Shown here piece after piece: positions 36,027-46,840 of a stretch of DNA of 47,876 nt. Under the pieces are notes generated by a model. It was not told the DNA's origin. It saw nothing but the letters and a program-made list of their open reading frames with translations, and searched no databases. Every line of letters starts with the position of its first letter. Position 1 is the first letter of the stretch. Origin of the DNA: Paraspadella gotoi (Eukaryota > Animalia > Chaetognatha); NCBI GenBank assembly GCA_051294375.1, contig CM119267.1, forward strand, positions 1-47,876, written 5' to 3'. A program made the position numbers and the translations under genes.

Positions 36027-38105
36027 TTAAAAAGATAACAAAATAAAAATAGCTGGACCAAATAATAACACAAAGCAAATTACATTATATTTTTCAAAAA
36101 GCTCTGGTTTAATGATTTGTAAAAATTCCTCCATTTTTTTTGAAAAATGATTCATAAATTTTTCAGTACGTTTTCTTGCAAACTCATATACATGTAGTCT
36201 TTGATTTTGACGAAAGCAAATGGAAAGAAGTATATGAAAATCTTTAACAAGGAGATATTTCGGCGCATATTTTTCGTTTTCTGAGTATGTAACAATTGAA
36301 CTTGCACTATATTTTAAATTTTTTGGGATCAACAAAATATAATCATTTAGGATTATTTTTTTTTTTGGAAATAGCAAAACTTCAAAAAGTTTACAAAAAA
36401 TTAGGTGGAAAGATATAATCATTAAAATACATAAGATTTTTTTGTAAGGTCTGAAATTTTTTATCTGAGATACAAAAAGTTTAAAGACAACAACAAAAAT
36501 AAAAGAATACATTTTAAATACATTTTCATTAATAAATATTATGTAAAGTAAATTACTAAGAATATCATAACTAAAACCATAGCTCATGGTTGAAGTAGAA
36601 TTACAAATTTGAGAAAAATAAGAAGTGGTTATAATTTTTAAATCATTGATCCATTGTTTATAGTAAATAAAAAAATATGAACAAAAAAAATAAAACAAAA
36701 CAAAAATAAAAAATGTTATTTTTGTCCTGATTATATTCATTGAAACTTTGTTTAAAAATGATGAAAGTATAATAAAAATAACTATTAAAAAATAATTGGT
36801 GAAAAGGTTAAAAAAAATGTTAATTTTTTGGTGCGATTTTATTAAAATTTGGTCAACTCTTTGTGGAGAAATAGTTAAAATATTTAATGATCTTTTTCCA
36901 TTGAAAATTAAAAATCTTGAACTTGTGAAAAAAAATGGATAAAATAAGTTATTTTTCAAATATATTTGACGCGTTAGGTACTGGAGATTTATATGTCTTG
37001 TAAAGTAAAACAAATTAATATAAAGAACTGATATCAGAAAAAGCTGTAATGCTAGTATAAAAATGTATTTTTGTAAAAGTTTCATAAGTATAATGTTTGA
37101 CCAAGTATGTATCATGTATAATAATAAGTCTATAATAACAAGAATCATAATCATTCCATAATCAGGAGAGAGAAACAAGTAATTCCCAAGTTTGTTTTCT
37201 TCCAAAAAATTCATGTTTTCATAAAATTTATTCAATGTTTTCAGTTGCTCTAAATGTTTCATACAATACTTTTCAGTTTTATATTTTCCATTGAAGGAAA
37301 AAACTTTTTCCCATTTGTTCTTATTACTTAGGATTCCTTTTATAACAATGGTTTGAAATTTATAGTTTTCATTTTCTTTAAAATAATCGATATTAATAAG
37401 TTGTACATATGGAGAAAAATTTTTGATAAGTTTAGAGACTCCCCAAAAGCCATTCTGGCTAAAAGTTATGTCACTAATTTTATTGTGCTTATCAAAAAAT
37501 AATAACAGGGACACCATCAAAAAGTTAAGAGCAGGCAATGTTGCTAAATCCAAAAAATCTATTTTGTTATCATTTTGCTTTTGAATAAAAATATTTTTCT
37601 TTATATTTTTAGCAATTTGTATGAGTTCTAAGGGTGTAAAGACCCTGAGAATCATTAGCGGAGTGAGAGTTTCAAACCAAACAGAATATGTCACTGATTT
37701 CCAGTTTAAAAGATAGAGAAAAAGTGTTGAGCCATAAATAGCCTGAATAATTCCAAAAAATGAGCTGATTGAATTCAAGAAGCAAAAGAATTTCCATGAT
37801 AAAATCGGTTTTGGGTATCGAAAATAGATAGCAATTTTGGAAATGCTAAATGTGGAGACCGCTATTGAAATTAAATCAAAATATGATTTGATTGGCCAAC
37901 TGCATTGAAACTGCTGATTAATTACATCTGGCCAAACATTAAACTTTTTAGTGCCAAAAAATTGTAAACAGTCACACTTTTGCTTGGTTTTCATTAATGT
38001 ATTGTTGATCAGAGCAAAAACTAGGCCTCCATTTTTGCTGAATTTTCCTTTCATGTTCTTTGCTGGTAAAAGGCTTGATCGTTGAGGAATGCACAACTCT
38101 GACAA
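36027..38105 (-). CDS. XK-related multi-pass membrane protein copy B, large 3' coding block (692 open codons)
   Basis: Long ORF with many TM helices; DLISIAVSTFSISK resembles the XK helix that follows ExPQ; the upstream segments carry the XK motifs. Confidence 0.75.
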   Translation of the reverse strand: MSELCIPQRSSLLPAKNMKGKFSKNGGLVFALINNTLMKTKQKCDCLQFFGTKKFNVWPDVINQQFQCSWPIKSYFDLISIAVSTFSISKIAIYFRYPKPILSWKFFCFLNSISSFFGIIQAIYGSTLFLYLLNWKSVTYSVWFETLTPLMILRVFTPLELIQIAKNIKKNIFIQKQNDNKIDFLDLATLPALNFLMVSLLLFFDKHNKISDITFSQNGFWGVSKLIKNFSPYVQLINIDYFKENENYKFQTIVIKGILSNKNKWEKVFSFNGKYKTEKYCMKHLEQLKTLNKFYENMNFLEENKLGNYLFLSPDYGMIMILVIIDLLLYMIHTWSNIILMKLLQKYIFILALQLFLISVLYINLFYFTRHINLQYLTRQIYLKNNLFYPFFFTSSRFLIFNGKRSLNILTISPQRVDQILIKSHQKINIFFNLFTNYFLIVIFIILSSFLNKVSMNIIRTKITFFIFVLFYFFCSYFFIYYKQWINDLKIITTSYFSQICNSTSTMSYGFSYDILSNLLYIIFINENVFKMYSFIFVVVFKLFVSQIKNFRPYKKILCILMIISFHLIFCKLFEVLLFPKKKIILNDYILLIPKNLKYSASSIVTYSENEKYAPKYLLVKDFHILLSICFRQNQRLHVYEFARKRTEKFMNHFSKKMEEFLQIIKPELFEKYNVICFVLLFGPAIFILLSF

Positions 38106-38536
38106 AGAAAGCCTTACTACAGTTTATCACACAAAATCATTTTAAATACAAATATATGCAAGACTAAGGATTTTTCTATATTAATAATTTGGTAAGATTT
38201 TTCTTATTTGCAGACATCCAACCTCCACATGTCTCTTTTAGAATTGTCATGAAAATTTAAAATGATTTATACTGTATATGACCATATTTTGACAATTTTT
38301 TTTAAGAATTAAGTTAGGGCTATATGGTAGGGCAGAGAGGATGTAAAAAAAAGAAAAAGTGCCATCTCTGAAACCATAAGACAAAATGTGGTAGGTCAGC
38401 AAAATTCAATAAACGCAGGATTTTTTCAAAGGCTAATTAAAGTTTTCTAATTTAAAAAAAAATACTTTCATAGTTTTGGTGAAGTCGGAATCTGCTGATA
38501 AGCAGATCCGACTAAAAAACAAATGCGTGTGTGAGT

Positions 38537-38572
<36 letters not shown>

Positions 38573-38904
38573 AAGATAAGTCCAGCCGCTGCAGAGCTGA
38601 ACTCGTTTTTAAACGAATCAGAATAGGCAGTAACGGAGAAAAAGAAAGAGAGAAAAATATTATTAAAATGTAATTTGTAATAGTTTTAATATAAAATTGT
38701 TTTGTAAATAAAACATAAAAAATCTGAGTATTGATATAAAACATGACAAATTTAAAGATCTAAATTTTTAGCTAATATCATACTTTTACATGAATCAATC
38801 ATAATTCATAGTAGTTTTTATTTTAGAAAAGCGTGACAACAATAACAACGACGACGACAACGATGGCAAAAATTAAATAATTTGAGTTCCCAAATGAATT
38901 ATTT

Positions 38905-40353
38905 TTAGTCGGATCTCCTTATCAGCAGATCCCGACTCTATAATTCACTTTGTCAGTCCGTCGGTCCGCCCCCTCAATATTGTCGGGCACTAACTTATAT
39001 CATGTCAGAACATCGAATTATGATAAATTATGCAAAAAAAATGATATCCGTCCGTCTGTCCGTCCGTCCGTCCGTCCGTCCCACCTTAGCAAAAAACACC
39101 AATTACTCGTGATTGGATGGATGGATTGGAATTAAATTATGTGTGTGGGTAGGGAAGTGTGTGATTGAGCTGTATATGAAGTTTTGATGGAATCGTTTGA
39201 CTGGAAATGAGTTTAAATGGAAAAAATAAAAAAATAACTTTCACTATTTGAACACCAATTACTCAAGAGTGGATGGGGCGATTGACTTGAAATTTTGTAT
39301 TTGGGTAGGAAAGTGTGTGATTGAGCTGGAAATCAAGTTTCGATGGAATCGTTTGAGTGGAAATGAGTTTAATTGGAAAAAAATAAAAAACCTGTTTCAC
39401 TAATTGATTATGCTTCTTTTTCCTTTTATATTAAATGTAAATGAAGGATGTATTAATAAATAAAATAATTATCAGTTAATTAATTAATTAGTCAATCAAT
39501 CCGTCCATCCGTCACATCTTAGCAAAAGCTCCAATAACCGTGATTGGCTTGGTTGGATGCAATGAAATTTATGTTCTGGGTTTTAGGACAGTGTGAGATG
39601 AATGCGATATAAAGTTTCGATGGAATCGTGCAAGTGAAAATGAGTTTAAATGGAAAACACATAAGTTGCCATTTACTAAATATCTTTTTACTTATTTTAA
39701 CCCATAATTACTCGAATTAATCATAATTGAATTAATAGATTGACAAGGAAAGTGTGTGAAGAAGCTAGATATAAAGTTTTGACGGAATTGTGCCAGTGGA
39801 AATGAGTTTAAATGGAAAAAACATAAGTCACATTTACTTGAATCTTTTTTATTTATGATTACTAATAAATGTTTATAATTAATATTATATAATTTGAAAA
39901 AATGATACAATTTAAAAAAATTATGCAAGTTGAAAAATTAGCAAGTTGAAAAAAATATGCAAGTTGAAAAAATTATGCAAGTTGAAAAAATTATGCAATT
40001 TAAAAAATATGCAAGTTGAAAAAATTATGCAAGTTGAAAAAATTATGCAAGTTTGAAAATTATGCAAGTTAGAATATGAAGTTAAAAAATTATGCAAGTT
40101 GAAAAAATGATGCAAGTTGAAAAATATGCAGTTAAAAAAATGATGCGAATTGTAAAAATGATGTAAATTGAAAAAAATGATGAGTTGAAAAATTATGTGC
40201 GTGGAAAAAATTATGCGAGTTGAAAAATGATGCGAGTTTAAAAATGATGCGAGTTAAAAAAAATTTTAAAAAATATTGTGATTTATCATCTGATTAGCAG
40301 ATTACCGCTTAATTATTATAGGCAGATCCGACATTGTTTGCTCAAACTTGTTT
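38905..40353 (+). mobile_element. Full-length DINE-1/HINE-like (non-autonomous Helentron) element
   Basis: T-rich flanks; 5' subTIR plus inverted repeat hairpin AGTCGGATCT..AGATCCCGACT; (GTCC/GTCT)n; roughly 140-bp central repeats; (GCAAGTTGAAAAAATTAT)n; 3' subTIR GCAGATCCGAC followed by hairpin GTTTG-CT-CAAAC. Confidence 0.8.
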
Positions 40354-41494
40354 ATTAAAAATATGGTTCTACGTAGTTGGTTGGCGCCGCCATAAAATTG
40401 AATGAAGGTCTGTTAAGGTTAGGGGATATGATCCTTCACCTCATTGGCTAGCAGGTATGTCTCTACCTCCACACGGTGCTTGCGGTAACATCCTTTTTGG
40501 ATGGAAAAAGAAGGCTCAAGCAAACATGGAGAAGGAAAAGCCAAAAGACGAAATCCTGATCTGTTTCTTGGGTAACGGAGTGGGTCGGGCCCAGCCAACC
40601 TAGTCATGTGTCACTTCCCCCCTCTTCCTTCACTTCCCATCCTTTTCCTCCTTTCCCCCCTTCCCCTTTCTCCTTCTATCTTTCCCCACCCTTTTTAAAC
40701 AACATTCTGGCTGCAGCCTCTCAAAGAATTGTTGTCTGCCATCTGAGACAGCTTTGAGAGAGAGGTAGTCTCTCGTTGGACAAATGAGTCAATTAAACCC
40801 ACGAAGATTATGTAAGGCAAACGCGATGATGAGACCAAAGGTCCTGCTACGTCGGGTTTGGAATCTGCCGAGTTGGCTGTAAATATAAGGGAGGGAACCC
40901 TTGAAGAGGTTGCCAATCTATCAATAAAATCCGCAACACACGCTGCCAACCACGAGGATGAGGAGTTAAACACTGGACATTTTGGACAACCTCTTGGGCG
41001 CCCCACCTGAAAGGCCAGGTGAGGCACCTTGTCAGGCGTTTTTATTTCTTGCAGTGGGCGGGCAACATGGTTATTAAATCATGAACATTTAGCGGGATGA
41101 TTCCCCTTGTTCTAGAATGGACACTACAGCCTTAATTCCCTCTCTTTGCTGATTTCGGACCTACAACATTAGGTGTCATATGGGATTTAATAGGTTTCAG
41201 AGGTGGCACTTTTTTATTCCTTTCACAGTACTCTCTGCCCTAACGGGGTTAAAGATTAGGTTAGTATTCGAGATTTATTTTGGGATTAGGGTTAGAAATT
41301 AGGTTAGGGATTTTGGAAAAGAATTAGAATTGAGGGTTTAAGGAATAAGGTTATGTATAATGGTNNNNNNNNNNNNNNNNNNNNNNNNNTTTAAATGGAA
41401 ACACTGTGTTTTTCTTCCTTTCTGTTTCGCTTGTGATTTGATTTAGAACAAAGTTTGAAGAGGAGATTTAATCAACGATATTTTATTTCATAGA

Positions 41495-41541
41495 TGAAAC
41501 GGACATGTTTCGACTCACCATACGAGTCTTCTTCAGCGCCA
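41495..41541 (-). ncRNA. Minimal type I hammerhead ribozyme
   Basis: CTGAAGA-A-GACTC(GTATGGT)GAGTC-GAAA-CATG-TC on the minus strand. Confidence 0.8.
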
Positions 41542-41542
41542 A

Positions 41543-41592
41543 TGGCGCTGAAGAAGACTCGTATGTTGAGTTCGAAACATTGTCCGTTTCAC
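41543..41592 (+). ncRNA. Minimal type I hammerhead ribozyme, mirror copy (two extra T)
   Basis: CTGAAGAAGACTCGTATGTTGAGTTCGAAACATTGTC followed by AATAAA. Confidence 0.65.
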
Positions 41593-43634
41593 TATGAAAT
41601 AAAAATGTGTCTAAATCTCTCTTCAAACTTTGTTCTACAATGGGAAAACACATAAGTTGCATTTACTAAAATCTTTTACTTATTTTAACCATAAATACTC
41701 TATTTTTTCATAATTTGGATGGATATTTTGAGTTGAAATTTTGTGTGTGGGTAGAAAATGTGTGACGAAGCTTGATAAAAGTTTTGGTGGAAACGTTACG
41801 AGTAGAAATGAGTTTAAATTAAAAAAATATGGGTCACACTTTACTTGAATATTTTTGCTTTCACGATCTTGTTAGTCCTGCAATGTTACTTATTTTAACC
41901 CATAATTACTCGAATTAATCATAATTGAATTATAGATTGAAAAGGAAAGTGATGTGAAGAAGCTAGATATAAAGTTTTGACGGAATTGTGCCAGTGGAAA
42001 TGAGTTTAAATGGAAAAAACATAAGTCACATTTACTTGAATCTTTTTTATTTATGATTACTAATAAATGTTTTAAATAATTAATTAATTAATTTGAAAAA
42101 ATGATACAATTTTAAAAAAATTATGCAAGTTGAAAAAATTATGCAAGTTGAAAAAAATATGCAAGTTGAAAAATTATCAAGTTGAAAAAATTATGCAAGT
42201 TGAAAAAATTATGCAATTTGAAAAAATTATGCAAGTTGAAAAAATTATGCAAGTTGAAAAAATTATGCAAGTTGAAAAAATTATGCAAGTTGAAGAAATT
42301 ATGCAAGTTAAAAAAATGATGTGAATTGTAAAAATGATGTAAATTGAAAAAATGATGAGTTTGAAAAATTATGTGCGTGGAAAAAATTATGCAAGTTGAA
42401 AAAATGATGCGAGTTTAAAAAATGATGCGAGTTAAAAAAAATTTTAAAAAATATTGTGATTTATCATCTGATTAGCAGATTACCGCTTAATTATTATAGG
42501 CAGATCCGACATTGTTTGCTCAAACTTGTTTATTAAAAATATGGTTCTACGTAGTTGGTTGGCGCCGCCATAAAATTGAATGAAGGTCTGTTAAGGTTAG
42601 GGGATATGATCCTTCACCTCATTGGCTAGCAGTATGTCTCTACCTCACACGGTGCTTGCGGTAACATCCTTTTTGGATGGAAAAAGAAGGCTCAAGCAAA
42701 CAAGGAGAAGGAAAAGCCAAAAGACGAAATCCTGATCTGTTTCTTGGGTAACGGAGTGGGCGGGCCCAGCCAGCCTAGTCAGTGGTCACTTCCCCCCTCT
42801 TCCTTCACTTCCCAATCCTTTTCCTCCCTTCCCCCCCTTCCCCTTTCTCCTTCTATCTTTCCCCACCCTTTTTAAACAACATTCTGGCTGCAGCCTCTCA
42901 AAGAATTGTTGTCTGCCATCTGAGACAGCTTCTGAGAGGTAGTCTCTCGTTGGACAAATGAGTCTTAAACCCACGAAGATATGTAAGGCAAACGCGATGA
43001 TGAGACCAAAGGTCCTGCTACGTCGGGTTTGGAATCTGCGATGTTGGCTGTAAATATAAGGGAGGGACCCTTGCAGAGGTTGCCAATCTATCAATAAAAT
43101 CCGCAACACACGCTCTCTGCCTTCCTCCAATCGGCGCTGCCAACCACGAGGATGAGGAGTTAGACACTGGACATTTTGGACAACCTCTAGGGGCCGCCCC
43201 ACCTGAAAGGCCAGGTGAGGCACCTTGTCAGGCGTTTTTATTTCTTGGCAGTGGGCGGGCAACATGGTTATTAAATCATGAACATTTAGCGGGATGACTT
43301 CCCCTTGTTCTAGAATGGACACTACAGCCTTAATTCCCTCTCTTTTGCTGATTTTACGGACCTACAACATTAGGTGTCATATGGGATTTAATAGGTTTCA
43401 GAGGTGGCACTTTTTTATTCCTTTCACATACTCTCTGCCCTAACGGGGTTAAAGATTAGGTTAGTATTCGAGATTTATTTTGGGATTAGGGTTAGAAATT
43501 AGGTTAGGGATTTTGGAAAAGAATTAGAATTGAGGGTTTAAGGAATAAGGTTATGTATAATGGTTAGGTATCAGATTAGGGATTTATTAAAAGATTAAGG
43601 TTAGATACCACAGCGATAAAATTAAGTTCAGGAA

Positions 43635-43990
43635 TTAAGGGAAAAAAATGGGGCGCTTTAGGAAAATAGTGCAGATATCTTTAAATGATAAAATGTTTTG
43701 GTGAAAACTGAAAAAAAGCTTCCCATTTGATGAAGTCACCCAGGAAATTATGATTGCGCCACTTTGAACCAAAAGTTGGGGAAAAGACTCAAACAAAACA
43801 TGTATGAATGTCATAGTTGTAATCAAATTGTTCTTCATACTTTTTAATTCCATATCTCTGTCAAATGACGTGTGGTAAATTTTATTACTTCAAACCGCAG
43901 ATTAACTGTAATTTTTTTTTTCAATATAAGTTATACAATTTTTTTGACCTATTTTAGTCAATCCAAGGTTATTTGAAAAAAAATTTTTAA
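43635..43990 (-). CDS. XK-related copy B, segment with the ExPQ motif
   Basis: IHVLFESFPQLLVQSGAIII matches the XK-family E-S-x-P-Q-L-x-(L/V)-Q signature; exon borders uncertain. Confidence 0.75.
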
Positions 43991-44529
43991 TCATATGATT
44001 ATAATCATCATTTTTAATGAAGAGAATTGATGCAAATAAAAATTAATTGGTTCAGGAAAAAAATGGAATTGACACAAAGTGATTTTTGGAGGTTAAGTTG
44101 ATACTTTTTTTTTTAACTGATGATAAAAGATTATTTTTTTTAATATTGTCCTTAATTATTTTAATTTGATTTAAGTCAAAAATGGTTGACACCTATTATC
44201 CCTACAGATATTCTATGCTGAATTCGTTCAGCCAATTTAATATTATAAATATTTTATAATAGGGAAAAGTCATTAACTTTTGTTGACTAAAAAAAAACTA
44301 ATTTTTTGGGGGATTTTTTGTACCAATCGACTTGGTCGTCTTATAACTTTAGAATGCGTTGCTCGATTTTATTAGGACTTAGATCTATCACTTAATCTTT
44401 CAAAAAGCATTGTTTTTTTGTTTTTGTATCTTTGTAAAAATCAGCCATCCAATATGGTTTTTTTGATGTGAAAAAGTGGCTACTTTTTTTTTCGCCGGAG
44501 TGTATATCTATAGCCTCCTTAATTTAACT

Positions 44530-45110
44530 TATAAGTTTGAAGTAAATATAGTTGTATGAAATCTAGTTTTATTCACTCTACTAACTTTGCATCCATATGC
44601 ATATCAAGAAGTAGGGGTACAAGTGCCAGGCCGAGCACATTCAATGTAAAAGTCATAACAATTCTCCAGGAATTCCAATGAGTCGTGGATAGTTATTTCT
44701 GTTCTTTGTCAAAAAATATGCACAATAAACTGTACAAAAAACCGTGAAATAGTAATATAAACAATAGAATCCACCCAAATATGTTTTTAAACGTCCTGAT
44801 CGGACAATAAGTTCGATTGTAACTTGTACAAAGATCCCAAGTCAAATATGTTCATAAATACGTCGATCCACAAATATATGGATTGAAACTCCATAATTTG
44901 TACACTTTCTACTATTCTCACAGTGTTTTGATGAAAATTTAAGGATACTACCACAACTTATTGGGCAAACAGTTTCTTTTATTTACAAATATTTCATATT
45001 TGTTTATAGAGTTAATACTCTGGAAGTTTCCAGTACAAAAATGTTAAATGCATACTGAGTATCTTCCGGCTCTGCAAAATGTAGTCGTGTAATAAACGAT
45101 CAATTGATAA
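44530..45110 (-). CDS. XK-related copy B, N-terminal coding segment (frameshifted in this assembly)
   Basis: Homologous to 23700-24240; single-base indels prevent a clean ORF. Confidence 0.55.
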
Positions 45111-45786
45111 CATGCAAATATGTAAATGATTACATGTATATTTGGTCTAAAATGCTGATTATAAATGCTTAGAGCGATAAATACATAGTTAAACATGTAA
45201 TTTTGTTTGATTTTTTAAAAATTAAAATTCGCGGTTTATGTGTTTTTAAATTTTTTCCAATTTGGATAAATTATAAATAGGAAAAGTAAAGAGATAAACA
45301 ACAGATTTTTTAACGTTCTCAATTACACTCTATCTTTCATCCAAGCAGAGGTGACGCGTAATAAGAAGAATAATATAATATATATATATATATTATATTA
45401 TATATGATATCTGACATGTAATCAACGTTTTAGATATGTTATAAATATATTATAGAGCTGTGACAAGGAATCTGAGAGATTGAATATCATTACTTAACCC
45501 AATCAGCTGCAAAAGGTAAGAGATAGGATCAAGAGTCGATGAACAGTGATAAAAGTGATTGGAAAATAATATATTTGCAATTTGCCAGATTAAGCAGAGC
45601 GAAGTGAAAGTTTGGATTTAAATTTAGAGTTATATCTTGAAAAAAAATTATGTCATTAAGTTAGGTTTAACATTAAAAAAAAACTATATTTTTAAGCTGG
45701 ATTCTTGTGATACAAGCGTGATTCTAGCCCTATGACTCTGAACTGTTACTTTTAACATCTCTCTCTCTCTCTCTCTCACTCTTACC

Positions 45787-46230
45787 TCATCATCGTCCAC
45801 GGCGTGACGTAAACGGCGACAACAAAAACGACGACGATGACCAAACGACGCCGCCGCGCCATCACGTGACCTCCGCGCCAAAAACGGCGCCACCGCGCCA
45901 ATTTGTGACGCGGCCACGCTACGAGAGGATGCATGACGGAGGATTAAAAGGCAAGAAGATTTTGAAAAGGGCGCGTAAATGAGAGCAAAATAGGCGCGTA
46001 AATTATATTGAAATCGGCGTCCATATATTTTGGCGCGCGAATGAGCGTGGAAACTTTAGTGGGAAAATGGAGAAACGGACGAGTTGTCACAATTCGAAGT
46101 CTCGGTAGACAGGGATCTGTGGATGCCGCACGTTGAGATCATTGATGAGTTTAGATTTCGTAAGCTAAATTCAATTAAATTAAACTAAATTGGCGCGCAG
46201 ATTGATTGGCGCCTAAAAGGAGGGTGTCAT
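45787..46230 (-). promoter_or_regulatory. CpG-rich candidate promoter and first exon
   Basis: E2F-like TTTGGCGCGC and GGCGCGTAAA (twice), ATTGG, E-box TCACGTGA; minus-strand donor GAG|GTAAGA at 45786. Confidence 0.45.
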
Positions 46231-46669
46231 TTGCTTGAAAAAAATTTGCCCATGCTTGGTCCGACGATAAAGGAGGCGGTTTTATCTATTCGCTTACGAG
46301 CTTGGTACGAACATTTTATATTCACAACATTCTCTCGGTGATTGCTTTCAAAGTAGATGCAGTCATTGTTTTTCTTAATGTTTTTCTTAACAGCATCGTC
46401 TTAGTGATTGGTTCGAGTTACCAAACAATGATTGGTTCGAGCTACCAAGCAATGATTGACACCGAATCGACGCAAGACGAGATTCGAGCGACGAAAATGA
46501 CGAATCAGTGAGAGAAAGAGGAAGAGGAAGAAGAACAAAGGGAAGAGGAGGAGGAAAAGAAGGNNNNNNNNNNTTTTTTTTCGTTTTGTTTCTGCAAAAA
46601 TTAATCTTTAGATCGATTATTTTCAAAACTTATTTGTTATTTAATTCATGATATTTTTGGCTTTTTTTT

Positions 46670-46840
46670 CATCGCATTATTTGTCATCATCATTTTTTAT
46701 CATCATTTGTCATTTGTCATCATTTGTCATCTTATCATCTTTTGTCATCATATGTCATCATTTGTCATTTGTCATCTTATCATCTTTTGTCATCATATGT
46801 CATCATTTGTCTTTTGTCATCTTATCATCTTTTATCTCTT
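46670..46840. repeat. (TCATCATTTG)-type repeat with a 48-bp higher-order unit
   Basis: Direct reading; related tract at about 29620-29780. Confidence 0.8.

Larger units (their letters stand above)
41405..41638. mobile_element. Palindromic Penelope-like mini-insertion with twin hammerheads
   Basis: Palindrome 41444-41637 centred on GCGCC-AAT-GGCGC; target AATGGAAAACAC duplicated (about 12 bp, imperfect) and single at about 39649-39660. Confidence 0.8.
39640..43565. repeat. Tandem duplication across an N gap: about 39640-41364 versus about 41390-43565
   Basis: Near-identical HINE 3' half plus 1-kb GC-richer block; the second copy has extra inserts. Confidence 0.85.
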
